Below are positions 1 to 11,814 of a stretch of 64,000 nt of DNA, in pieces (position 1 is the stretch's first letter; every line of letters begins with the position of its first letter). The DNA is taken from the NCBI GenBank assembly GCA_964016885.1, contig OZ024758.1:31930001-31994000 (forward strand), read 5' to 3'. A program made the translations under genes and the position numbers. The notes under the pieces are model-generated. The model worked only from the letters and a program-made list of their open reading frames with translations, was not told where the DNA came from and did not search any database. Source of the stretch: Eledone cirrhosa. Lineage: Eukaryota.

Positions 1-778
1 AGGCAGATTGTACGATGCTTGTATATGAACAGCGATATTACATGGTAGTGAGACCTGGGCATTGTGTGCTGAAGACTTGCCTAGATTAGAAAGAAATAAA
101 GCTTGCATGCTCCGATGGATGTGTAATAGAAACTTGTGCGAATGGCGAAGCATAAACGAATTGAGAGAGAGAGACTAAGCATAAGAGGTATCAAATGTTG
201 TGTTCTAGAGAGGAGATTGCATTGGTATGGACATCTGATGCGTTTGAAGGACGACAGCTGTATAAAAAAGTGCAGGGCAATGAAAATTGATGGAAGTTAC
301 GGAGTGGGTAGACCAAGAAAAACCTGGGACGAGGTGATAAAAACTGACCTTGCCCACTTACACCTCTCTAAGACAATGACACTGGATCAAGACCTTTGGC
401 ACCATGCAGTTGTATAGAAGACCCGACTGCCATTACATACAAACCTACAGTCAGTAGGCACCTCTTAACCCCACCGCCAATGTACACCCCACCGCCACAC
501 CCTACCCTACCCTCCCTCTCCCGTTCTGTCCATTGTGTCGATAACACAACAGTCCACACTCTAAGGTGGCCATGTAGGAGAAAAGGCTCCCAGTCCACAC
601 TGCAAATGTGGTTGGTGTTAGGAAGGACATCCAGCTGTATAAAACCTGCCAGAGACACTTCCGTACGAGCGAGACTTAGTCTCCCGACCATTCTCGAATC
701 AAGTGGAACAAAACCGTCTAACCCATGCTAGCGAGGAAGGTGGACGTTAAACGATGATGAGGATGATGATGATGATAT
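1..778 (+). mobile_element. RTE-clade LINE, 3' fragment (RT C-terminus, 3' UTR and (GAT)n tail)
   Basis: ORF 136-417 reads ERRLHWYGHLMR...GVGRPRKTWDEVIK, and an upstream frame reads LHGSETWAL. It ends in ggacgttaaacgatgatga like the other RTE copies. Confidence 0.9.
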
Positions 779-920
779 CATCATCATCATGTTACATCTG
801 CTTTTCCCTGCTTGCAAGGGTAGGACGGGTCCTATTAAGCACAGCATCTCTCCACTTGTCACGGTCCTTCGTCATCTCCTCTGTGAGCTTCAGCGATCTG
901 AAGTCTGCTCTCGGGAGAAC

Positions 921-964
921 CTGATGATTTCTCCCGAATGAAACAGTTCTAGACCTGTAGAAGC
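921..964 (+). ncRNA. Type I hammerhead ribozyme, 5' strand of stem I lost
   Basis: CTGATGA-tttctcccgaat-GAAA-cagttctagacctg-TA-gaagc. Near-identical to the complete motif at 18343-18395. Confidence 0.55.
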
Positions 965-1066
965 CTTTTCTATATTAATATTTATACTTTGCTTTGTATT
1001 GAGTACCTTACTTACTGTGGTTACCCTCGATTGAAGCCGGGATAAACTTATATATATTTATATATG

Positions 1067-1146
<80 letters not shown>

Positions 1147-1197
1147 AATAATTGTTTCTACTTTAGGCACAAGGCCAGCAATTACCCAGTGCATTAC

Positions 1198-2122
1198 TGC
1201 GGCGTTGCAAATGGGATACATATGAAAAAGTGAGTCCTTCATCAGTGACCCTCCAACCGTCCTAGGCATTTCATCGCTTTAAGGGCCATATGCCTCAGGT
1301 TGGTGCGAACAACGGCTAAAAAAAGTCGTTGGGACACGTAAACAAAGGGGACGCCAGGGTAACAACAAAAAAGTTTAAGCAACGGAAAGTGAGAGGAAAT
1401 AGACAAGTCCCAGATCTCTATGAATATAAACTCGGTGAAATCTCGAACAAGAGACAAAAGACCATCAAACCTGGTTGAAATTACCCTTTCTAGCAGTCTC
1501 TTTCTCTGTTAGCCTCCTCCTCAACTTCACTCACTCATTCTCTGTCACTACCTCTCCTCCTCCTCTTTCCTCCTCCTCCTTCAAGTTTGACCTGTGTGTA
1601 ATTCTTTTCTCGCGCGGTCTTGACCAAGCTGGTATGGGATCTTTTTCTCTCTCTCTTTCGTCTGCGACTTCACAAAACTTACGTTTACCGAATTCGTAGA
1701 CCAGACCCCTTTATCTTCTTCTTCTTCTTCTTCTTCTTCTTCTTCTTCTTCTTCTTCTTCTTCTTCTTCTTCTTCTTCTCCTTCTTCTTCTTCTTCTTCT
1801 TCTTCTTCTTCTCTCCTTTCTATCTCCCCCCCCCCGTCAAACTTGGGCGAAATTCTTTCCTTGCTCACATTTCAACCAGGTTTGATGGTCTTTTGTCTCT
1901 TGTTCAAGATTTCACCGAGTTTATATTCATAGAGATCTGGGACTTGTCTATTTCCTCTCACTTTCCGTTGCTTAAACTTTTTTGTTGTTACCCTGGCGTC
2001 CCCTTTGTTTACGTGTCCCAACGACTTTTTTTAGCCGTTGTTCGCACCAACCTGAGGCATATGGCCCTTAAAGCGATGAAATGCCTAGGACGGTTGGAGG
2101 GTCACTGATGAAGGACTCACTT

Positions 2123-2130
<8 letters not shown>
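1198..2130 (+). mobile_element. Non-coding PLE-like element with (TTC)n tract and inverted terminal duplication
   Basis: ~1220-1475 is the reverse complement of ~1875-2130. The body matches the reverse complement of 19151-19783 and abuts (TA)n. Confidence 0.6.
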
Positions 2131-2178
<48 letters not shown>

Positions 2179-2202
2179 ACGTATATGTATGTACATATAT
2201 AT

Positions 2203-2585
2203 ATTCTATTCTAAGGCGGGTAAAATTCCCGAGATCCATGGACGAGTTCTCTCCAGCGGTCTCTGTCCCTCATTATCGCTGCCATGTCCTGCGTCTCCAA
2301 TAGACCAGTGTCTGTCCTTAGGGCATCAACATACGTTAACCTTGGTCTTCCTCTTCTGTGCTGCTGTATGGGTCTGAGACTTGGACACTGACCAAGAAAC
2401 TCACTCAGATGGTGGATGGGTGCTACACGAGAATGCTGAGGATGGCTCTGAACATTAATCAGTATACACTGAGGATGAAAAACTCAGAGCTGTATGGGAG
2501 CATCCCAAAAGTCAGCTCAAAAGTGACACAGAGGAGACTGAGGTTAGCTGGACATGCTCACCGACATCCAGAGTTGACATTGCAC
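2203..2585. mobile_element. RTE LINE (third family) fragment with 5' inversion
   Basis: 2203-2355 is the minus-strand 3' end, matching 40276-40430. 2355-2585 on the plus strand encodes LLYGSETWTLTK...[12 protein letters not shown]. Confidence 0.75.
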
Positions 2586-2662
2586 ACATATATATATATA
2601 TGTATATACATACATATATGTATATATGTACATACATATACGTACATATATATACATATGTA

Positions 2663-2744
<82 letters not shown>

Positions 2745-2825
2745 GTTGTTAGGTTGCAAGATAACTGCGTTCCCAGGCGGTATGCCGCTTAATCACTAGA
2801 TGCTCGCGCAGAGCAGAGTATAATA

Positions 2826-2999
2826 TAATTGTTTCTATTTTTGGCGCAAGGCCAGCAATTATCCCAGTGTATTATTGGTACTTTATTTTAAGAAGGAAAG
2901 GCAAAGTTAACCTCGGCGGGATTTGAACTCAGACCATAAAGGGCCGTAACTCTTTGCTGTAACGCTTGGTATCTGACCCTTTACCGATACTGCCAATCC
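2826..2999 (-). mobile_element. tRNA-derived SINE
   Basis: A-box/B-box head (ggattggcagtatcggta...gagttcaaatccc), core gccgaggttaactttgcctt, 3' end gctggccttgcgcc...agaaacaatt. Confidence 0.8.
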
Positions 3000-3250
3000 A
3001 AAGAACGAGGATTCAGTGTTGCATCATATCACATTTAATAACATATTACATATGTTTCTCTATCGATCAGCTTGAGGCAAGATTTATTACAGATTGAACC
3101 TGACTCTGTAATTGAAAGTTCTACAGATATGTTTGGTATATGAATTCGTCTCCGATTCTATATATATATATTTATATGTATATATATGTACATATATATA
3201 TATAGATACAAAATATTAAAACAATCAAATCTTAGTTTAATACATTTATT

Positions 3251-3297
3251 TGCTGACAATTGTTTCTTCCAGAGGGATGTCTGGAATCATCGGAGCA
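3251..3297 (-). ncRNA. Minimal type I hammerhead ribozyme (CCGAUGA core variant)
   Basis: Minus strand TGCT-CCGATGA-TTCCAGA catccc TCTGGAA-GAAA-CAATTG-TC-AGCA, followed by AATAAA. Confidence 0.75.
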
Positions 3298-4239
3298 TAG
3301 GGAATGTTTAAACAGGTGATTAAAATTCTAGTCTTCAGAACATTTAGTTAGATACATAACTGTTGTCAGTGTCATAAACATCATATAGAGAATCGGGAGT
3401 TAAAAAAGAATTTTATGCTTCAGAAAATACAATTACAAGGAGCAATGGTGAAAGGTGAAAAATAAGCATATTATGTATAAAGGTATTGTTTAAGGTAATG
3501 CATGTGCAAAAGGTACAAGCAAAAAAAGTTACAAGCAAAAAAAATGTAAGATAGGATAGATAGAAGATATCATAGCATTGGAAATCAGGTAATGTTAAGG
3601 GTATGTAATGCAACAGTCAATACAATCAATAAGGCATGTATGAGGTAAGAGTTATATTACAGCTGAAACAACCATATTTCATGTAGAATGTAAAAGCATG
3701 TTACAGGTGTTAGAAATGTTAAAAATGTTTTAAATGCTGTGCTATATGGTAGAGAGACGTGGTGATAAAATGGATATATGTTATGTGAGATGTAATGCAG
3801 AGCACGTGATTGAGTTAGATAGGTAATTTTCATTCAAAAATATTTATTTTGGAATTCGTATATAGATGTATATGTTGGGTGTAACACAGATCATGGGATT
3901 TTCTTAGTTTTAGATGTAATTTGTTTTAGATGTGTATAGTTTATAGATGTGTTTGGTAAAGATAAATTCCACTGAATTACTGGCCATGTTGTTATACTCA
4001 GTACTATACTATGCATTCCTATCTTTAAATGTTCTATTAAGGAATATTAGAGTTTGCTTTATGTGCGAGTTCCGTTAATAGTTATTAGGCGGTTAAGAAG
4101 TTGTTAAGTTGTTTTAATGTCATGAAATTAAAATAAGAAGCGGTACTGTACAGGGGAGTTTATAACAAAGGGAAATAATTAAGGTTATTGATAAATTAAG
4201 GGTTGTTTTATTATTGTAAATAGATTTTATTATCTATTA

Positions 4240-4405
4240 GAGGGTCGGACGCCATGCTTTGACGCATAGAGTTACGGCCCTTGTTATTCTGAGTTCAAAT
4301 CCCGCCGAGGTTAACTTTGCCTTTCATCCTTACGGGGTCGATAAAATAAAGTACCAGTAATACACTGGGCAATTGCTGGCTTGTGCCTAACGTAGAAACA
4401 ATTAT
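4240..4405 (+). mobile_element. tRNA-derived SINE
   Basis: B-box gagttcaaatccc plus core gccgaggttaactttgcctttcatccttacggggtcgataaaataaagtaccag. Confidence 0.8.
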
Positions 4406-4859
4406 CTATTGAAAGTCATCTTTCATTAAGTAGTGTTATAAATTAATATTTATAAATTATAAAATATTATTAATGATTATTAATTAATTATATATAAAAG
4501 TTATTTGTTATTCTCATCTATTCAAATTGTGTGGAGAGAATTAACAAATTGTTATAACGATATAGGGATAATACTACCAGAATGGGCCGGCGTTGCTCGG
4601 GCTTCTAAACATAGATTGGCATGTTTATCCCTCCTTTCTGAAACAGTACAGAGAAGTACGGATTACCTCGGCCTGGGGATGGTGTCTACATTTTGTGCTT
4701 AGGCAAATAATTTTCCATTAAGATTTTTCAAAGGCATGTAATTGCGTTCCCTCTCTTTTTTGTTGTTGTTTTTGCTGCTGTTGGTATGATAGTAGCCGTT
4801 GGTCTTACTACTAACACAGTCTCGTCCTTCTTCAGCCAATCATGTATATGCCCTTCTAC

Positions 4860-5950
4860 CTCGTCTACCTAAACAATGATTGTAGCACCTCCTTGTACAC
4901 AATGTTCCTTGTTCTTCCATGTCGGGCATATGCAAAGAGATTTGTCTTGCTTCCCACTCTTGAGCAGCCAACGTATAGTTGCCCGTGTGAAAAACATGAC
5001 TCTTCCAAAAGAAGACCAGCAACAGATAGACATTGCAAAGCTGACACGGTTCGGCGAATGGTTCGTTGGTTGTGTTTCAAGTGCTCTTCTGGTGGTAGTA
5101 CGTTCAGTATCTTGCGACTGTCGAATAGTAGATTCCACCGAAGATTCGTTTGCCCGCCTTGTTATTTTTCTTGCCACTTTCGCAGTATTTCGGCCAATGG
5201 AGCCTCTCTTCCTTCGAGGCATGACATAAAAGCAGGACGAAGTACACTAAGACTAACTGGTAGAGTAAGGAGTAAATTCGTCAGTGATGCATGTGATTTC
5301 CGAAGCGTTGACTATGTAATTGCTGGCCTTGTGCCAAAAGTAGTGGGACTTTTTGGGTGGCATATCGGCAGTAACAATGACGATAAGCCGTCTGTGCTTT
5401 AGTGAAATAAATACGTTTGTTTATATTTTGTTTTTGTGTATGCAAAAATATCTGTACACGAATATATAATTATATATATATATATATATATATTAAAATA
5501 ACAGATTAAAGTTTAAGCAAAAAATCGTTGCTTTCACCCTTAACGGGATCTTCTGAAACTAAAAAAAATCATTCTGTGAACGCAGAAGTAAATATTTCGA
5601 AAAACGTTGCAATCGAAGGAAAAGACGATACTTTGGTTCGTGAAGACGTTCCCTGGCAATGAACGTAAAATAGCAAAGATAATACGTCAGTAATGAGAAC
5701 AATATTTGTCATAATGTCTTAATGTAGATAGCCAGACATACAGACAGATATTATAAGGGAGCGATGTTATAGCTATGTATCTATCTAAAAAGACAGACTA
5801 AGAAAGAGAAAAATAAAAGCTGCAGTTAATATCTTTAGACCGCAAGGAATATATAAATGAAAGTTTGAAGTCAATCGGAGTAGAAATGTGGATTTGTATA
5901 GACTTTGCAAAAATGAGGACACACACAGAGACAATTTCAGTTTTATATAT
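4860..5950 (-). mobile_element. Internally deleted Helitron derivative
   Basis: A RepHel-like N-terminus (MPRRKRGSIGR...) is joined to a Pif1 helicase C-terminus (CFSHGQLYVGCSRVG...RTRNIVYKEVL). Segments are shared with 6650-7010 and 11260-11345. Confidence 0.7.
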
Positions 5951-6054
5951 ATGTATATATAATGTATATATATGTGTGTGATAATATATATATATATTCA
6001 GATTGTGCAGAGAGAGTTAAACATTTTTATAACAAGATAGGGATTTATATAATA

Positions 6055-6771
6055 CTAGCTGGCCCGTCCGGCTGGCGCCCGGCTAGGTATACCGGCTTTT
6101 TATCTTTTCAGGAATCCCCCCCCCCCCCTCCACTCCAGTGTAAAGATACCGCACACCCTCTCAAGTCAGCGAGGGTGGGATGGGGTGGGGGTTGGGGTGG
6201 GGTGGGGATGGGGGTTAACGTGCTCTGATATTGGGTTTGAATAGTTTTTAGGATTCCCCAGTTCAACAGCCAGTACGTTAAAAAAAATTGATAGTTACAA
6301 CAATAAAGGCTGAACAGAGAACAAATTTTTTACAAACTTTACAATAATTTGTACAACCATAATAGAAATTCCAAGTAACAGAAAATACATAAATTACATT
6401 GTTAGAGCCTCAGAGTATACAATATTTTTTGTTCGGCCCTCGGGAGCAAAGATGAAGAGATTGTTAGGCGAGCTAACTCTAGAGCATCCTACATTCAATT
6501 GACCACGGGAGAACATGGTTTTCCCAGATGAAGGCCAGCCACTTTTAGGGTTTGACCCTGAGCTTTGTTGATGGAAATCACGAAGCTTAGCTTCTCTGTT
6601 GCTCTAGTAACATTTTTTCTTCTGGAAAATCTGATCTTGTGGCCAGGCTGGGACTTTTTTTGTGGCATATCGGCAGTAACAATGACGATAAGCCGTCTGT
6701 GCTTTCATGAAATAAATACGTTTGTTTATATTTTATTTTTATTTAGGCAAAAATATCTGTACACGAATATA

Positions 6772-6811
<40 letters not shown>

Positions 6812-7010
6812 TAACAGATTAAAGTTTAAGCCGCTTTCACCCTTAACGAGATCTTCTGAAACTAAAAAAAATCAATCTGTGAACGCAGAAGTAAATATTT
6901 CGTTGCAACCGAAGGAAAACAGGAAGACGATACTTTGGTTCGTGAAGACGTTCCCTGGCAATGAACGGAAAAAAGTGAAGATAATACGTCAGCAATGAGA
7001 ACAATATTTG
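6055..7010 (-). mobile_element. Helitron 3' derivative
   Basis: The minus strand encodes ISINKAQGQTLKVAGL...GQLNVGCSRVS...RTKNIVYSEAL with a frameshift. It ends in a GC-rich hairpin-capable tract followed by CTAG|T at 6055. Confidence 0.8.
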
Positions 7011-7116
7011 CTCTGGGGTTCTTATATATTTGATATATATTTATCCTTATCGAGCCGTCTTTGGATTTTAGTCTTCACATTTATTATTATTACTAATTAT
7101 ATATATATATATATAT

Positions 7117-10035
7117 GATTACTACACATCCATATCCCCAGTCACCCTAGATAAAGCGCTAATATTTGCCCAAAATAACTCAGACCTTACCTCAGATGAA
7201 ATTAAAATAATACTAGCTGCTAGAAGGACTATCATAAAATTTGAAAATAGCTACCTGGAAAGAAAAAATAGGATGAATAGCTTCGATATCACAAAGGGAT
7301 CAAACGACTCAGCGCAAATAACGGATGTTGTGGGGATATTTATAGCACACAACCTACATAAAGAATCTAATAACCTCCAAGGAGGAATTTATAGAGATAA
7401 CACACTCCTTATAGCTAGGAACTTAAATAACCAGAGCATGGAAAGATTACGAAAAAACATTAGAACATTCTTCAAAAAACTAGGCCTAGATATTACTTAC
7501 GAACTGAATTTTAAAAAGGCAAACTTTCTAGATGTAACTCTAAACCTAAACACGGGATTAATAGAACCCTTCCATAAAAATAATGAGAATCTAGCCTACA
7601 TTAGTTATAACTCAAACCACCCCCGATCCATAATTAACTCCATAGCACGTAGTATATTCCTTAGAATATCCCACCTATCCTGAAACCAAGAAATTTTTAA
7701 TGACCATGCTAATTATTATAACGCAGCATTACATAGGGCTGGACACAAAGAAAAGCTGCAGTTTATAACAGATAAGGACAACACAAACAAACCCATTAAC
7801 AGCAACACTAACCGCTCATACAAAAATAAAGGTAACTGGACTAGACATAGAACTAGGCAAGTAGCACCTAGAGTAGGAGGACTGAACACTATAGAAACTA
7901 TAGAAGAACTAGAGAAAGAAAATACCTATGGTTTAATCCGATCTTCAACTCCTCTATAAGAACTAAACTGCCTTCCACGTTTTTTAAACTAATAGATAAA
8001 CACTTCCCTACATCACATAGATATCATAACATCTTCAATATAAAAACTATAAAACTCTCATACTCTACTGCTGCCAACATTGAATCGCACATACGCAAGA
8101 TCAACCACAAAAATACCTCTAAGAAAACTATCCCACCTATGCGCAACATAGCACCAAACACTAAACACAAACACATTACTGCTTTTACAGCCACAAACGC
8201 ACAGGAACACACCACAGCAAAACTCCAATAGGCATGAATCACAACCCACATATAACATTTTGAAAAAACCGCAATGTGAAAGCTGCACGGAATAATACTT
8301 CAAACTGCAATTGTCACCTACCAGATAAGTGCCTATTAGCGAATAGGTGCCTAGATTCTAGTCTAGTGTACATGTGTACTGTAAACTCGGGCAACTCCAC
8401 AAGGCACTACATTGGATCCACCGCGGGTGTTTTTAAAAAAAGGTGGTATGTGCACAGACATTCAACGAAGAACCGTGCACTGGTAAATTCTACAACCCTC
8501 GCCAATAAAATCTGGCAACTTAAGGACAAAAACCTTGATTACAATATTAGCTGGTCGAAATTAGCGGCCGCAAAGGCCTATAACAGCGGTATGTCCCAAT
8601 GTGGGCTCTGCAACCTTGAATTGCTACATATCTTAAGGAACGATAAAATGCTACTCAACAGCAAAATAGAAAGGTCAATTTTCTGCAGACATAGGATTGC
8701 TACAAAATTCGCGAGATTTAAACCACCGTGATTCGAACCAGCATCCCCTATATTAAGGGAAAACCACTTAGCATTTAACATATGAAATCCACATTCTCAC
8801 ACAGCCCACTTCGGAACCATAATCTTCTATAAACACCTTCTAGCCTCCCTACATCTATACCACTAGGATGGGGCAGTAAGGTCTACAACTATCTTGTCAG
8901 TCCATAAATCAATCCCATCTTTGCTGTTGTTTACTCCTTCGGACCAAACAATTATATCTACGTATCTCACATTAGCACTCATGATCCCTAACAGATGAAC
9001 TTAATTCTCAGTACATTATCTTATTACTCCTACACTCCTTGAAATCTTATTTTCCTCTTATTATTATTATGATCATCTCAATGTATCCCTAATTTTATTC
9101 ATCATGTTCTCTTTATTTACCATGCATATTTTATTATTTTATTACTTTTATTGTCTCTATTATTGTTGTTATTATTGTCTTATTTCTACACTATTTGTTA
9201 TTGATGTTGTGAAAACTAAACCCCCATGATTCGAACTAACAATCCCAACTTTTAGAATAGGCCACTTAAATACCGAATCTACAACTTCACTTAACACCAC
9301 ATAAAAGCCATATATCTCTATGCACCCACCCTATCATTCTCACTAAGTTCATACAACGAAAATACTTATCTGTCAAATAATAAATCAATCTCCGGTTTAT
9401 TGCTAGTGTGCTTTCAGACCTACAGCACACGCATATACCTCCTAAATCCTGACTCCAAGTACATTTTATCAGTTATATCTCCACCACCTTAACACTACAT
9501 CTAATGTACCCTATAGCAGTTTTCACATGTCAATTTCATACATCTGTATCATATCAGTTCGTTTAATATGCTAGATTCATCATTATACTCTATTTCTTAC
9601 TTATATTGATGTTATTATTTTAACTATTCAGTATCTAGTTATTTTATTATTGATATTATTGTTCTGGTTTAATACCACTCCTCTATAAAAGCCATGCCTT
9701 GAGTATCTTCCTCACTTTCGCACGCTCTGATGAAACGACTGGTTATAAACAAAGTATTGGAGATCGATTGACGCAACATCAAGCGAGTAGCGAACTCTAG
9801 ACCTACCAGATCAAAGTAACAATTGTCAGCAATGTGAATAAAGCCCTTATTGTATAGCCAACCATGTCACTCTTCTTTCTTGAATTATTATTATTCCAAG
9901 TAGAAATCACATAGAAATCACCGCGAACTCGCAGTATCACTATGGAAACGTCTTGTTGAGTCAAACTAAGCCATACGTTAATACCATCCACAACACGGAG
10001 TACTCTAACTGGACTACATCTAAGTGGGCTGCTTA
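7117..10035 (+). mobile_element. Penelope-like retroelement (Naiad type), 5'-truncated and decayed
   Basis: RT motifs (FDITKGSNDSAQITDVVG, GGIYRDN, NFLDVTLNL), CNCx5Cx5C linker, GIY-YIG-like LVY...HYIGST and CGLCNLE. Long 3' UTR with an HHR-like motif; flanked by (TA)n. Confidence 0.85.
9717..9838 (+). ncRNA. Hammerhead-like motif with long stem II, degenerate core (GUAA instead of GAAA)
   Basis: TTCGCA-c-GCT CTGATGA ..GACTGGT...ACCAG.. GTAA CAATTG TC AGC-aa-TGTGAA, then AATAAA. Confidence 0.55.
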
Positions 10036-10055
10036 TAACGATAACCTGTTATCCC

Positions 10056-10147
<92 letters not shown>

Positions 10148-10151
<4 letters not shown>

Positions 10152-11048
10152 AAAATTAAGATAAATCAAATGAATTTAATCTAAATCAAAATTATGGGTG
10201 TCATGCCAGAAAGACATGCGCCATATCACCCGAAAAATAAGCTCTAAGATTCTAACGAGTAGGTCCGAGCATTTTATAATAACTAGAGATTGATTAACAT
10301 ATAAATAAAGATGAATAATCACAGGAGATAATTTTCACAAGTGTGTAACCACACATAGCTAGGTAGGTAACTAAATAAAGTTGACCAGAACTTCAAAAAT
10401 AGATACCTTATAATATGATTAATCTTCCCTGTATATATCCCATTAAAGAAATATATTTCACCAATTAATCAGATGGTAAACCACAGAAGTGGAGACTTGG
10501 ATTTTCAACAAGGAAGAACTTCCAGCAATCCATGTTTACACTTCAAGTTCAAATCAGCGACTGGCCAGCACCACGTGTTGTGTTTACTAGAAATACACAC
10601 ATCATACTAGCTTCGTCCCAGTCGCGTGAATAGGGTTATCGACAACTAGAAACAGCAGTCGAGTCCTTTCAACAGAGTTAGCTCTACAATTAAGGAGCCG
10701 TATTTATATATCTATATCCAAAATTAAGATAAATCAAATGAATTTAATCTAAATCAAAATTATGGGTGTCATGCCAGAAAGACATGCGCCATATCTCCGC
10801 AAAATAAGCTCTGAGATTCTAACGAGTAGGTCCGAGCATTTTATAATAACTAGAGATTGATTAACATATAAATAAAGATGAATAATCACAGGAGATAATT
10901 TTTACAAGTGTGTAACCACACATAGCTAGGTAGGTAACTAAATAAAGTTGACCAGAACTTCAAAAATAGATATCTTATAATATGATTAATCTGATTAATT
11001 ATCTCCTGTGATTATTCATGTTTATTTATATGTTAATCAATCTCTAGT

Positions 11049-11054
<6 letters not shown>
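10148..11054. repeat. Non-coding partial tandem repeat (568-bp period) plus short inverted copy, pLTR-like
   Basis: 10148-10423 is repeated at 10716-10992. 10997-11054 is an inverted copy of ~10276-10332. Flanked by (TA)n on both sides. Confidence 0.7.
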
Positions 11055-11130
<76 letters not shown>

Positions 11131-11139
11131 TTATTGAGA

Positions 11140-11576
11140 GCGTTTGCGGTATCTTTGCACTGGATTAATTAAAAGTTGGCTAGAAGCGAAGTCAATGCAG
11201 ACAGGCAGCCAGACAGACAGATATTATAAGCGTGTGACGTTATAGCTATGTATCTAATGCAGGCAGCCAGACATACAGAGACATATTATAAGGGCGCGAC
11301 GTTATAGCTATGTATCTATCTAAAAAGACAAACTAAGAAAGAGAGAGGAATGTCGTATAACCGGAAGTGTTGACATTTGAAAATTTTAAAGAAGTGAATA
11401 TTTAAATAAACGATAAAATATCTTTAATCTTTTAACGAAATTTAGAAGACAAAAATACCTTCATTTTCTTACTTGGAAAATGTTACATCTATGGTGTAAA
11501 TTTTGTGCTGTTTGGTCCAGCCGTTTGGCGAAAAGTTTGTTACATACATACGGCCGTCAGCTTTATATTATAGATA
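11140..11576 (-). mobile_element. Non-autonomous Helitron-like element
   Basis: The minus strand begins A|TCTATAATATAAAG, a Helitron-type 5' TC end. It shares segments with 5725-5810 and 6135-6150. Confidence 0.55.
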
Positions 11577-11814
11577 TAATGGAGTAATTACTGTTATATA
11601 CACTGTTGTCAGCTATTTAATTGGTGTTATATATTGTTTTACAAGTAAGTATTGAGAGTAGATCAGGGTGTCTAAATTATTTATTTATTTGGTTATTGAG
11701 AAGAATTAGAACTGTATTAGGTGAGAGATCAAAGAAGGGGTTTATTATTATATATACGCCCTGATCTACTCTCAATACTTACTTCTAAAATAATATATAA
11801 CATTAATTAAATAT

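Noticed and set aside
1581-2108. Poly-E, poly-F and poly-R ORFs
   Set aside because: They are produced by the (TTC)n/(GAA)n tract and show no protein signal.
2045-2125. Hammerhead, HDV ribozyme or SECIS in the 736-bp family
   Set aside because: CTGATGA and GAAA are present, but the stems cannot be arranged into a valid HHR. HDV and SECIS topologies were not satisfied by eye.
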